From contig CAWIIQ010000001.1 of the NCBI GenBank assembly GCA_963836185.1, positions 1,216,001-1,280,000 of the forward strand: DNA of 64,000 nt, written 5' to 3'. Shown here one piece after another: positions 18,297-27,910 of this stretch; position 1 is the stretch's first letter; each line of letters opens with the position of its first letter. A program made the translations under genes and the position numbers. Below the pieces are notes generated by a model, which ran no database searches, was not told the origin of the DNA, and saw only the letters and a list, made by a program, of their open reading frames with translations. This DNA is from Candidatus Krumholzibacteriia bacterium (GTDB lineage Bacteria > Krumholzibacteriota > Krumholzibacteriia > Krumholzibacteriales > Krumholzibacteriaceae).

Positions 18297-19244
18297 ATGG
18301 AGATGGCTATGAATGGAGGAAAGATGTCCCGCAAAATGGTTCTGCTGGCCGCAGCAGTATTGATGACTATGACGACTTATGCCTCGGCTGGCGAACCGGG
18401 CTCATCCGGCTTCACGTTTCTCAGGCTTGGAAACGGAGCGAGGGCCGGTGGTATGGGTGAGGCCTTTACCGCCGTAGCGGACGACGCGACCAGCATCTAC
18501 TGGAACCCCGCAGGTATGGTGGGCGTCGAGGAAGTCGAGCTGAACCTTACGCACAACGAGTGGCTGATGGATATAAGGTTCGAGCAGATCACCGTAGTGA
18601 ACGAGATGTGGGGCGGTGCCGCGGGACTCAGTTTTACAGGCCTCTATTACGGCAGCATCGACAGGTACGGCGAGTACCCGTCGCTGACACCTGACGGCAC
18701 TTTCTCGCCATACGACATGGCGCTCTCGCTCGGATATGCCAGGGATATCATTCCAAATCTCGCATTAGGAGCGGCCTTCAAGATAATATACTCAAAAATC
18801 GATTTCGAATCGGCGACCGGATACGCGTTCGATCTGGGAGTGACGCACAGGTCGAAGATCGAGGGCCTGATCCTCGCGGCATCAATGCTCAACCTCGGCC
18901 CCCAGACCAGCTTTGTCGAAGAGAAATTCTATCCTCCATTCCAGCTGAGGCTGGGCGGCGCCTACGAGATCAGGAAGGAAGCCCTTCACGGCGGCCTGAT
19001 CCTTGCCGCGGACGTAGTCTTCCCCAACGATAACGACGCGAAGGCTCATTTCGGCGTCGAGTACGCATACCAGAAACTGCTGATGGTGAGGTTCGGCTAC
19101 AAGAGCGGGTATGATGTCCAGGGGGCTACAATGGGCGCCGGCATCGCGTGGAAGAGCCTGAGGTTTGATTACGCCTATATGCCGATCGATTTCGAGCTTG
19201 GCGATGCTCACCGGTTCTCGCTGACCGTATCACCTTCGCTCTGA
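18297..19244 (+). CDS. PorV/PorQ (UPF0164)-family outer membrane protein
   Basis: FLRLGNGARAGGMGEAFTAVADDATSIYWNPAG signature; HRFSL near the C-terminus. Confidence 0.88.
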   Translation: MEMAMNGGKMSRKMVLLAAAVLMTMTTYASAGEPGSSGFTFLRLGNGARAGGMGEAFTAVADDATSIYWNPAGMVGVEEVELNLTHNEWLMDIRFEQITVVNEMWGGAAGLSFTGLYYGSIDRYGEYPSLTPDGTFSPYDMALSLGYARDIIPNLALGAAFKIIYSKIDFESATGYAFDLGVTHRSKIEGLILAASMLNLGPQTSFVEEKFYPPFQLRLGGAYEIRKEALHGGLILAADVVFPNDNDAKAHFGVEYAYQKLLMVRFGYKSGYDVQGATMGAGIAWKSLRFDYAYMPIDFELGDAHRFSLTVSPSL

Positions 19245-19981
19245 TATTTCTCCAGGGTGAAATGTCCACCTTCAAGACGGGCGTAGGAGAAGTGCGTTTC
19301 CCAGTCGCCCAGGATGATAAAAGTCTTCCCGGAGAATTCCTTTATGCGCGGCATATGGACGTGCCCCATGACAAAGGCATCGTTCCCATCGTTGAAGAAA
19401 TTCTCCTCGGCCATTTCAGTCAGCCTGTCGGCGCAGGCCGCAGTCTTTTTATGAGTGAGCCCCTTGCTTGTCCTCGAGAAGGAGGAGGCGAAGGCATAGA
19501 GGAGGTCCGGATGGAAGAGTTTCGCGATGGCCACCACGGGACCGCTCCGTATCAGTGCCTTCAGCGCCTTGTACCCGTAATCACCGGGCAGAATGTTGTC
19601 GCCGTGGGTGATCATCACGCGGCGTCCCTGGATCTCGTGGATCGTCGTCGCGGGGAGGACCTTCACGCCGAGGGTATCGGGGAGGTACGATCCGAACCAG
19701 TGGTCATGGTTGCCGCCCGTGATAAAGATCTCGGTCCCGCTGTCGGCGAGTCCGCCGATAGCCTCGAGGACATCGCCGTAATATCTCGGGATGACGCTTC
19801 GGTACTCGAACCAGAAGTCGAATATATCGCCTGCGAGATAGAGGCGCGACGCGCCCTCTATCGACCTGAGGAACCCGCCAAACAGGTCCCGCTTCCTGGT
19901 CTCGCCAGGGGTGTGCTGCCGTGAACCATGTTTATCATACTTGAAATGTGTGTCTGACAGAAAGTATACTGAATCGCTCAA
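19208..19981 (-). CDS. lpxH: UDP-2,3-diacylglucosamine diphosphatase (LpxH-like)
   Basis: FLSDTH, GDIFDFWFEY, GNHD, HGD, GHVH, LGDW metallophosphoesterase motifs. Confidence 0.85.
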   Translation of the reverse strand: MSDSVYFLSDTHFKYDKHGSRQHTPGETRKRDLFGGFLRSIEGASRLYLAGDIFDFWFEYRSVIPRYYGDVLEAIGGLADSGTEIFITGGNHDHWFGSYLPDTLGVKVLPATTIHEIQGRRVMITHGDNILPGDYGYKALKALIRSGPVVAIAKLFHPDLLYAFASSFSRTSKGLTHKKTAACADRLTEMAEENFFNDGNDAFVMGHVHMPRIKEFSGKTFIILGDWETHFSYARLEGGHFTLEKYQSEGDTVSENR

Positions 19982-20088
19982 GCGCAGCTCCCCTGTGAAT
20001 CGAACGGTTTCGAGGGATATATGTCAGAGTAAGTGTAATATTTCAAGAAATTTTACCCCCGGCAGGGGCATGACAGGGAGGATGGATC

Positions 20089-20418
20089 ATGGACGACCTC
20101 TGGAGCAAGGTTAAGAAGAATCTCGTGGAATGGTACGAAACGGCAGCTGACAAGACGGATGAGTATGCCCGTATCGGAAAGAAAAAAGTAGAGATCACAG
20201 GCCTTAACAGGTCGATAGAGAAGCATTTTTCAGAGATGGGCGGAAGGGTCTACGACCTGATCGTTGAGCAGGGCCATCGTGGGAACAAGACAGTCGACGA
20301 CGTGGTCGTCAAGCGTATCGTGGCCGAGGTGAGGGAACTCGAGAGCCAGCTGAAACTGAAGGAAGAAGAGATCGAAACGATAAAGGATGAGAAAAAGCAG
20401 GGCAAAAAAGAAGAATAA
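20089..20418 (+). CDS. Small coiled-coil hypothetical protein
   Basis: GGAGG RBS; charged helical sequence. Confidence 0.7.
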   Translation: MDDLWSKVKKNLVEWYETAADKTDEYARIGKKKVEITGLNRSIEKHFSEMGGRVYDLIVEQGHRGNKTVDDVVVKRIVAEVRELESQLKLKEEEIETIKDEKKQGKKEE

Positions 20419-20481
20419 AGGCACTGAAACGCCTTTTTGGGCGGGATAGCGTAAAATATCAAATATAGGTGGAATCAACTA

Positions 20482-20510
20482 TTGACAGGGTCCTGATATT
20501 CGTGTAAACT
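20482..20510 (+). promoter_or_regulatory. Sigma-70 promoter upstream of the sigma factor gene
   Basis: TTGACA-N17-TAAACT. Confidence 0.55.
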
Positions 20511-20776
20511 GTGTTTCGTATATGGTTTCAGGTGCCTTAGCGAGCCTGGTCGGGCAGCGCGGCACCCATACCTTTTACAGCCCCACCAAAAAAAATAGAA
20601 CAATTCGCCAACTTGTGTGTATACAGAATCAGGAGTAATTAAGAATAGCTCTTGATTACGCAAGGGGGAAAGGAAAAGGGGCAAGGGAAACGGTAAAGGA
20701 GACGGCTGGACAGGGGAGTTTATTCAGGCAGCCGCCTTTACATAACGACTGAATGTGAATACATTTAGTATGGGGA

Positions 20777-21649
20777 GTGAATAGGATGTACCCGGAAGGA
20801 AGAGATAGCGAGTACCTGGGCGAGAAGAGTCTCGATCTCTACCTGAAAGAAATCAACAACACTTCTCTTCTCACTCGAGAAGAGGAAAGAGATCTTGCTG
20901 AAAGAATCAGGGAGGGACAAGAGGAAGCGCTTCACGCTCTGGTAAAGGCGAACCTGAGATTCGTAGTATCCATAGCGAAGCAGTATGTCAACCAGGGCCT
21001 GTCCCTTGCGGACCTCATTAACGAGGGAAACATGGGGCTTATCAAGGCAGCCCACAGGTTTGACGAGAAGAGAGGCTTCAAGTTCATCTCCTATGCAGTA
21101 TGGTGGATCAGGCAGGCAATGCTCCAGGCTCTGGCCGAGCAGTCCCGTATAGTACGTCTGCCGCTGAACCGTGCCGGCACCCTTTACAGGATCGGCAAGG
21201 TTTCCAGGCAGCTCGACCAGGAACTCGGGAGGACGCCCGAGGTCGAGGAGATCGCGGAGAAGCTCAACCTGTCCAAGGAAGAGGTCAGGGATACGATGCA
21301 GATAGCGAACAGCCATCTGTCCCTCGACGCGTCCTTCAATAATGACCAGGAAGAGAATTCTCTCGTCGATTATCTTGCCGACGATACGCAGGCGCCGCCT
21401 GATGAGATGACGTATTCCAATGCCCTGAGCGATGATATGCAGAAAGCCCTGAGCACCCTTACCGACAGGGAACAGATCATTCTGGGCCTGTACTTCGGGC
21501 TTGAGGGCGAAGAGCCTCTCACACTCGAGGAAATAGGGCAGAAAATGAGCCTGACGAGGGAAAGGATCCGTCAGATCAAGGAAAAGGCGATTCTGAGGCT
21601 GAGGCACAGCACCAGGAGTAAATATCTCCAGGGATACGTAGAAAGCTAG
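20777..21649 (+). CDS. RpoD/SigA-family sigma-70 factor lacking region 1.1
   Basis: SLDLYLKEI (1.2), NLRFVVSIAKQY...ISYAVWWIRQ (2), TLEEIG...TRERIRQI (4). Confidence 0.93.
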   Translation: MNRMYPEGRDSEYLGEKSLDLYLKEINNTSLLTREEERDLAERIREGQEEALHALVKANLRFVVSIAKQYVNQGLSLADLINEGNMGLIKAAHRFDEKRGFKFISYAVWWIRQAMLQALAEQSRIVRLPLNRAGTLYRIGKVSRQLDQELGRTPEVEEIAEKLNLSKEEVRDTMQIANSHLSLDASFNNDQEENSLVDYLADDTQAPPDEMTYSNALSDDMQKALSTLTDREQIILGLYFGLEGEEPLTLEEIGQKMSLTRERIRQIKEKAILRLRHSTRSKYLQGYVES

Positions 21650-21678
21650 ACGTATCAACAAGATAGATGAGTACCCGA

Positions 21679-21718
21679 GGTGGGGAGGAGTCGTGAGACC
21701 CCTCCCCGCCCTTTTTTT
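21679..21718 (+). terminator. Rho-independent terminator
   Basis: GGTGGGGAGGAGTC-GTGA-GACCCCTCCCCGCC followed by T7. Confidence 0.75.
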
Positions 21719-21838
21719 ATGTGTGCCTGGTGGTACGTGATTTGCAGAAAAAAGGGCGGTAAATACTCCTTGACAGGGAGTAGGCTCGAACGTAGGTTCT
21801 GGTATCAACGGGAATCATTTAACGCTTCGACCGGAAAA

Positions 21839-22757
21839 ATGGACAGATACTTTACTTTCATGTACGTCCGCAAGGGCAATGCGGGCGTGCGGACGATCCG
21901 TATTCGCAGGGTCGCCGCTATGGCGGCAGGCCTCTGCCTCATCGCGCTTCTGGCGGCAAGCGTCATTACAGGCGTGCGTTATGCCGGGATCAGGATAGAT
22001 TCGGACCGTATGGCCGGTCTGGAGCGCGAGAACGAGCAACTGCGCACGCAGCTCGTTTCCTTCGAGGCCGAGCTCGACGGCCTGAAGGGCAGGATGGACA
22101 GTAATTTCGAGCTCCAGAACCGGGCGAGGCTGATGGCCAGCCTCGATCCGCTGTCGGAGGATATATGGCAGGTCGGTGTTGGTGGTCCCGAACCGCAGCT
22201 TCTCGAGAGGGAGCTCGAATGTGTCCGACCAGGTGTTTGCCGGGCTGGAGAACGACCTCGACATGCTCGTCAGGCAGACGGAACTTCAGAAACAGAGTTA
22301 CAACGAGATCATCGGCATCCTCGAAGAAGAGGCCGCGAGGCGCGACTGCACCCCCTCGATCCGGCCGCTCAGGGGCGGATTCCTTTCGAGCAGGTTCGGC
22401 AGGAGGATGGATCCGTTTACCGGCAGGATCACGCGTCACAAGGGTGTCGACTATTTCGCCAGGACCGGAACGCCGGTCATGTCCTCCGCGGACGGGGTCA
22501 TTACGATGGCGAAGAAGAACGGCAGTATGGGACTGACCATAGAGGTGAACCATGGAAACGGCTTCAAGACCCGCTACGCTCACCTCGCCAAGATGCATGT
22601 CAGGCGGGGCCAGAGGATAAAGCGTGGGGAGATCCTCGGAGCCGTCGGCAATACAGGAAGATCGACGGGGCCTCATCTCCATTACGAGGTGATCTTCAGG
22701 AAACAGCACAGGGATCCCCTGAACTATATCATCCCCGAAGGGGTCTATTTCGACTGA
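21839..22757 (+). CDS. M23 family metallopeptidase (frameshift about 22200-22225)
   Basis: TM + coiled coil in one frame; SSRFGRRMDPFTG..HKGVD...YAHL...GRSTGPHLHYEV in the next. Confidence 0.88.
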
Positions 22758-22896
22758 CCCGCTCCCCTGCAGGCAATACCTATCGTGCCCGCTTCAAGCG
22801 GCCGGACAGACCATGTCCGGGGAGCGGTCTTTCTGCATACGGAGCGGTGCGGTATGAAGCAGTGCTGCTTGAAGCGGCACGGGGAGGAGAGAAGAT

Positions 22897-24234
22897 ATGA
22901 AACGTATCATTCCTGTCATCATGTGTATCATGGCGGTTTCAGCCCTCTTTCCCGTCTCCACTGCCGGGGGGGAACCTTCTCCTCCGCGAAGAGAGGTCGT
23001 AAGCCTGCGCTACTGGACGGCCCCCGAGCATACGAGGATCGTCCTCGACATGAGCAGTGAATGCGTCTACCAGGTATCCGAACGCGGCGGACCCGACAGG
23101 ATAGTCATCGACATCCCGAAGGGGAGGCTCGCCGCCGGGCTGCGCAAGCTGCAGGTCGGCGACGGAGTCGTCGAAAGGGTAAGGGTCAACAGCCTCTCGA
23201 ACGGCGCCCAGATCGTGATCGATCTGCCGGCCAGGTCGGACTACAGCCATTTCGCGCTCAAGCCGAACAATATACATCCGCGGCACAGGATCGTCATCGA
23301 TGTGAACAGGACGATGACTGTCACGGAGAAACGGAAAAAGACTGAGAAGGCGAGAAAGGTCGCCCAGAGCGGCGACTATGTCGTGATTATAGATCCGGGG
23401 CACGGAGGAAGCGCGCCCGGCGCCGGTTCGAGGTACGGCCCGCCGGAGAAGACGTACACGCTGCCGCTTTCGAAGATGATCGCCAGGGAGATCGAGAAGC
23501 ACGAGGGGTTCAAGGCGGTGCTGACCCGTACCGGTGACTACGACGTCGAGTGGCACAGAAGGATCGAGATAGCCCGTCAGCATGGAGGGCACTGCTTCTT
23601 GAGCATCCATATGAACGGCAACAAGAATCGCAGGATCAGGGGATCGGAGATATATTTTCTCTCTCCGGAGGGGGCGACGGATATGCATGCCACCGCGGTG
23701 GCGGAACGCGAGAACATGCAGGTGAGGATGGAGGATGCCGGTGAGATGGTCGAAGGTGACGCCGGACAGATCCTCTTCGAGATGATGCGGAACCAGGCGC
23801 TCAACCAGAGCTCTATCCTGGCGGAATATCTTGCCGGCGAGTTCAAGCAGATCGGATCGATACCCTTTCATGATGTCCGGCAAGCCAACTTCATCGTTCT
23901 GAGGGGGACGACCATGCCGTCGGCCCTCGTCGAGGTGGCGTATCTCTCGAACAAGAGCGACGTGACACAGATAAAGAAGCAGTCGGTTCAGCAGAAGGTT
24001 GCAAAGGCGGTGGCCTCCGGCGTAGTATCATACCTGCTGGAGAATCCGCCGGAGAACATGGAGCGCAGGCCGATGAGACTGGCGGTCCATACCGTCTCGA
24101 AGGGCGAGACGCTTTCCGGCATAGCGAAGAGATACAGCTGTTCGATAAAGGATATCAAGACATTGAACAATATCGGTAACACGTCGATGATAAGGCCGGG
24201 GCAGAAACTGACGATCTACGCAAAGGCTGAATAG
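22897..24234 (+). CDS. N-acetylmuramoyl-L-alanine amidase (AMIN + Amidase_3 + LysM)
   Basis: TRIVLD AMIN, IDPGHGG, SIHMN, LVEVAYLSN, HTVSKGETLSGIA LysM. Confidence 0.92.
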   Translation: MKRIIPVIMCIMAVSALFPVSTAGGEPSPPRREVVSLRYWTAPEHTRIVLDMSSECVYQVSERGGPDRIVIDIPKGRLAAGLRKLQVGDGVVERVRVNSLSNGAQIVIDLPARSDYSHFALKPNNIHPRHRIVIDVNRTMTVTEKRKKTEKARKVAQSGDYVVIIDPGHGGSAPGAGSRYGPPEKTYTLPLSKMIAREIEKHEGFKAVLTRTGDYDVEWHRRIEIARQHGGHCFLSIHMNGNKNRRIRGSEIYFLSPEGATDMHATAVAERENMQVRMEDAGEMVEGDAGQILFEMMRNQALNQSSILAEYLAGEFKQIGSIPFHDVRQANFIVLRGTTMPSALVEVAYLSNKSDVTQIKKQSVQQKVAKAVASGVVSYLLENPPENMERRPMRLAVHTVSKGETLSGIAKRYSCSIKDIKTLNNIGNTSMIRPGQKLTIYAKAE

Positions 24235-24262
24235 CGGAACACGGATCAGGGATGGAGGAAAC

Positions 24263-25240
24263 TTGAGCTTCGACCGGATAATCAAGGTTATGACGCGCAA
24301 TCTCGGAGCGAAGATCGTGTCGCTCATCTTTGCCTTTTTCCTCTGGCTGCATGTAACGGCCCAGCAGGGTGAGAACCAGTCGTTCAGGGTTCCCCTCACG
24401 ATGACAGGGATCGCCGACAGCCTTACGATAACGCATGACGTTCCCGAATCTATCGAGGTCACTATCCGCGGCTCGAGGAGCAACCTGATGAAGCTCAGGC
24501 TGTTCGGCAGGCTCGAGGCGACGGTCGACCTGTCCAAGGCGGTCAAAGGCCGGAATACGGTCTCACTTTCCGCGGCTATGATTAACTTGCCAGAACAGAT
24601 CGACCCGAGAGAGGTCACAGTCGACAATCCCAAGACGCTCGTCCTTAATTTCGAGGAAGTCGTCACGAAATCAGTGCCTGTCAGGATCGCATACAGGGGT
24701 GAGATACCGGATGACGTGATCATCGATGGTTCCCCGGTGATAATCCCGGCAAGGGTCAAGATGACCGGCGCCGCAAGTATCCTCGAAGGGATCGAGGTCC
24801 TTTCCACGCGCGAGATCGACATCAGGGGCCGCAGGGGAGATTACTCGGAAGAGTTCGAACTGATGCTCGGTGGCATGGATATACGCGTCGTGCCGGACAA
24901 GGTGCTGATCGAGATGTCGATCCACAAGAGGGCCATCCGTACTCTGGCAAATATCCCTCCGACGATGCTCCGGGAAGACGAGAGCCTTACAGTCGAGTAT
25001 TCCCCGAGGATAGTCTCTCTCACGATAGAGGGCCCCAAGGAGATCATCGACCGAGATAACGACCGAGGATGTCTCGGTAATACTCGACCTGACAGGAAAG
25101 CCGCCGGGGACATACCTGATCGAGCCCGAAGTGATCGTCCCGAACGGAATTGAAAGATACTTCCTCGACACGGACAATTTCGAGATAACTATACTGCCCG
25201 TCCGGAAGCGGCAGCCGATAAGGAAAAGCAGGACGGCAAT
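24263..25240 (+). CDS. YbbR/CdaR domain protein (frameshift about 25050; end approximate)
   Basis: KIVSLIFAFFLW TM anchor followed by repeated V.VTIRG/V.MTG/V.LTIEGP YbbR modules. Confidence 0.8.
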
Positions 25241-25241
25241 A

Positions 25242-26162
25242 ATGGCTGACACCCCGAAGAACGGCGGCGGCAACATGCTTTCTTCCTATATCGGAAGATG
25301 GATGTCGCTCGTCATGCTTCTGCTCCTTGTGACGCTGGCCGCGGCCGCGCTCTTTTTCGAGCCGGACTATCCGGCCCATGTGCCTCTGCGCATAGGTGTC
25401 TGCGCTTTCGATTCAGTCACTGCCGGCCCTGCTCTGCGTTCCTTCGCATCGACAGTGAGGGAGCAGGAAGGTGGTGACATCAGCTGGGTATGGCTCGGTC
25501 CGGGGAGGGAACCGGCAGGATGTGACTTCTACCTGATGACATCGCTGCAGATGCTTGCCGCCCGCGAGAAGAGTATGATGGATTGTCTTCTGCTTTCCAC
25601 CCCGCGCATCGACGGTTCATTGTCGATGGGTGTCGTGGTCGTCCGGGCGGAAGCCGAGCCCGACTGGTCGCGCACGGCTTTTACCTCTTCTGTCTCGGCT
25701 ACCGGATTCATCTCGCCTCTCGCCGCTATCGCGGAAGGCGGAGTGTGTGTCGAGGACCTTTCCTACGAAACTGCTTTCCGAGGGATGCCCGGTCTGCGGG
25801 GAGGCTGTAGCGTTCGGAGTGCTTCAAGGCAGGTATGGCGCTGGCGGCATTCCTCTCGAGGAACTCAGGAGGACTCGAAGGGAGAGGGGTCGATCGGACA
25901 GGGAGAACTCCGTGTCCTCTTTACCGGGCCCGAGCTTCCGGAGATAGTGCTTGTCATCAGATCCTGTCGACCGAAGAATGGAAGTCGAGTGGATTCGCCC
26001 GGAGACTGCCCGGGATCACTGAGAAGGCTTTCCGATCCCCTGTCCCGGGAGATGGCCCGTCTGGGGATGGTCCTGTTCAGGCCGCCGGCCGCAGGTGAAC
26101 TCGAGATGCTCGGCAGTGTCCCGCTGCCGGTCCGGGAAGAGGCCGGTTATCACTTCCCTTGA
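25242..26162 (+). CDS. PhnD/SsuA-like substrate-binding protein (probable internal frameshifts)
   Basis: TM anchor; AFTSSVSATGFISP resembles the PhnD S.SG motif; the frame shifts to VAFGVLQGRYGAG. Confidence 0.5.
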   Translation: MADTPKNGGGNMLSSYIGRWMSLVMLLLLVTLAAAALFFEPDYPAHVPLRIGVCAFDSVTAGPALRSFASTVREQEGGDISWVWLGPGREPAGCDFYLMTSLQMLAAREKSMMDCLLLSTPRIDGSLSMGVVVVRAEAEPDWSRTAFTSSVSATGFISPLAAIAEGGVCVEDLSYETAFRGMPGLRGGCSVRSASRQVWRWRHSSRGTQEDSKGEGSIGQGELRVLFTGPELPEIVLVIRSCRPKNGSRVDSPGDCPGSLRRLSDPLSREMARLGMVLFRPPAAGELEMLGSVPLPVREEAGYHFP

Positions 26163-26240
26163 ACGAGGACACTATAAACCGCTATATTCCCCGGGACAGG
26201 CGATGACCGGGCCGTACTTTCCACCGGAGGATCCTGAGTC

Positions 26241-26645
26241 TTGAGATGGAATCTCAGAAGATGGCTGCCGCTGATAGTATGGATAGTAATGATCTTCGGT
26301 CTTTCGTCGATCCCGGGATTCTCGTCAGATGATGTGAATCTTCCCACTGGATTCGACAAGGTCGTACATTTCATGGAATACGCCATCTTCGCGCTGCTCT
26401 ACTACAGGGGATTAAGCTATGGCGGGGTGAGGGTCAGATGGAGCATCGTGATCATCGTCATAATGACCGGGATCGCCATGGCTGCCCTTGACGAGATGTA
26501 TCAGAGTTATATACCGCGCCGCGACTCGAGCTTTTTCGACCTTGTCATGGATTCGACAGGGGTAGTATTCGGAACACTCGCGGCGGTGACGAGGCATATC
26601 ATCCAGATAAGGAAGGCCTCAGAGAGAAAGGCCGTGGGCGAATGA
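26241..26645 (+). CDS. VanZ family membrane protein
   Basis: IFGLSS.P, DKVVHF.EY, DE.YQSYIP.R.SS..D...D..G. Confidence 0.88.
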   Translation: MRWNLRRWLPLIVWIVMIFGLSSIPGFSSDDVNLPTGFDKVVHFMEYAIFALLYYRGLSYGGVRVRWSIVIIVIMTGIAMAALDEMYQSYIPRRDSSFFDLVMDSTGVVFGTLAAVTRHIIQIRKASERKAVGE

Positions 26646-27910
26646 GATTCAAGAGACCGAGAGGAACGCAGGATCTTTTCGGGGACAGGATGCGGTCATG
26701 GGCAGGGGTCGAGGAGATGCTTGCCGCGCTCGCCGATCGCTACGGGTACAGCGAGATACGCACCCCCGTATTCGAGGTCTCCGAGCTTTTTGTACGCGCC
26801 GTCGGTGAGGCGACCGATATCGTCTCGAAAGAGATGTATGCATTTGCCGACAAGAAAGGGCGCAGCCTGACCCTGAGGCCGGAGAATACGGCGCCTGTGA
26901 TGCGGGCCTTCATCGAGAACGGGCTCCACAGGACCGGGGGAATAACAAAATTCTGGTACCAGGGTCCGATGTTCAGGTATGACAGGCCGCAGGCGGGCAG
27001 ATACCGCCAGTTCCACCAGTTCGGCGCCGAGGCGATCGGGCATCCCGGGCCGGCTGTCGACGCCGAAATAATCGACCTGAGCCTCGCGATCTACAGGATG
27101 TTCGGTTTCGAAGGGCTGGAAGTCAGACTCAACAGTGTCGGATGCCCTGTCTGCCGGCCAGGTTTCCGCGACGTTCTGCGCGGAGCGCTCGAGCAGCGCC
27201 GGGACGAGCTGTGCGATACCTGCGGCGAACGGGCAGAGGTAAACCCGATGCGGATATTCGACTGCAAGGAATGCGAAGATATCAAGGCGAAGCTTCCGGT
27301 AATAACCGATCATCTCTGCGGTGAATGCTCGGAGCACTTCGCCGGGCTCCAGGCGATCCTTCGCGGTATGGATGTTGATTTTATACTCGATCCGCTTCTC
27401 GTGAGGGGACTCGACTACTATACGAAGACGGCTTACGAGGTCCTTCATCCAGGGCTCGGCGGGCAGAACGCACTCTGCGGCGGCGGACGTTATGACGGGC
27501 TTGCCGAGGAATGCGGCGGGGGAAATATCCCCGCGGTAGGATTCTCGGCCGGGATGGAACGGTTGATGGAGAACCTTCCGGAGGAGTTCGCGGGGAAGAT
27601 CGGGCTCGAACCGGTCGACGCCTTCTTTGTACTGCCCGATGAGGCGACCTCCGCCAAGGTCCTCTCGCTAGCCGGGACACTGCGCTCATCGGGGTTGCGG
27701 GTCTCGGTCGACCTGTCCGGCCGCTCGATGAAAAAACAGATGAAAGCGGCTTCGGAATCAGGGGCCCCGCTTGCCGTGATAATCGGCCCGGAAGAGATAG
27801 AGAAAAACGAAGCCGCCGTCAAGATCCTCGCGAGCGGCGAGCAGGAGAACGTACCGTTTCCGGAACTGCCGGCGAGGATACTCCAGGAGAGGAAGAACGA
27901 AGTTGACTGA
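26642..27910 (+). CDS. hisS: Histidine--tRNA ligase
   Basis: PRGTQD, LRPENTA, RYDRPQAGRYRQFHQ, LVRGLDYY, GGGRYDGL. Confidence 0.97.
   Translation: MRFKRPRGTQDLFGDRMRSWAGVEEMLAALADRYGYSEIRTPVFEVSELFVRAVGEATDIVSKEMYAFADKKGRSLTLRPENTAPVMRAFIENGLHRTGGITKFWYQGPMFRYDRPQAGRYRQFHQFGAEAIGHPGPAVDAEIIDLSLAIYRMFGFEGLEVRLNSVGCPVCRPGFRDVLRGALEQRRDELCDTCGERAEVNPMRIFDCKECEDIKAKLPVITDHLCGECSEHFAGLQAILRGMDVDFILDPLLVRGLDYYTKTAYEVLHPGLGGQNALCGGGRYDGLAEECGGGNIPAVGFSAGMERLMENLPEEFAGKIGLEPVDAFFVLPDEATSAKVLSLAGTLRSSGLRVSVDLSGRSMKKQMKAASESGAPLAVIIGPEEIEKNEAAVKILASGEQENVPFPELPARILQERKNEVD

Noticed and set aside
20765-21808. Long antisense ORFs opposite the sigma factor, the activators (7824..9116, 10243..11394), amidase, hisS and others
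   Set aside because: Typical shadow ORFs of GC-biased coding strands; the sense genes have clear family motifs
25131-26162. YbbR-PhnD fusion protein
   Set aside because: Apparent join probably results from an indel; a separate ATG and TM anchor start at 25242/25275
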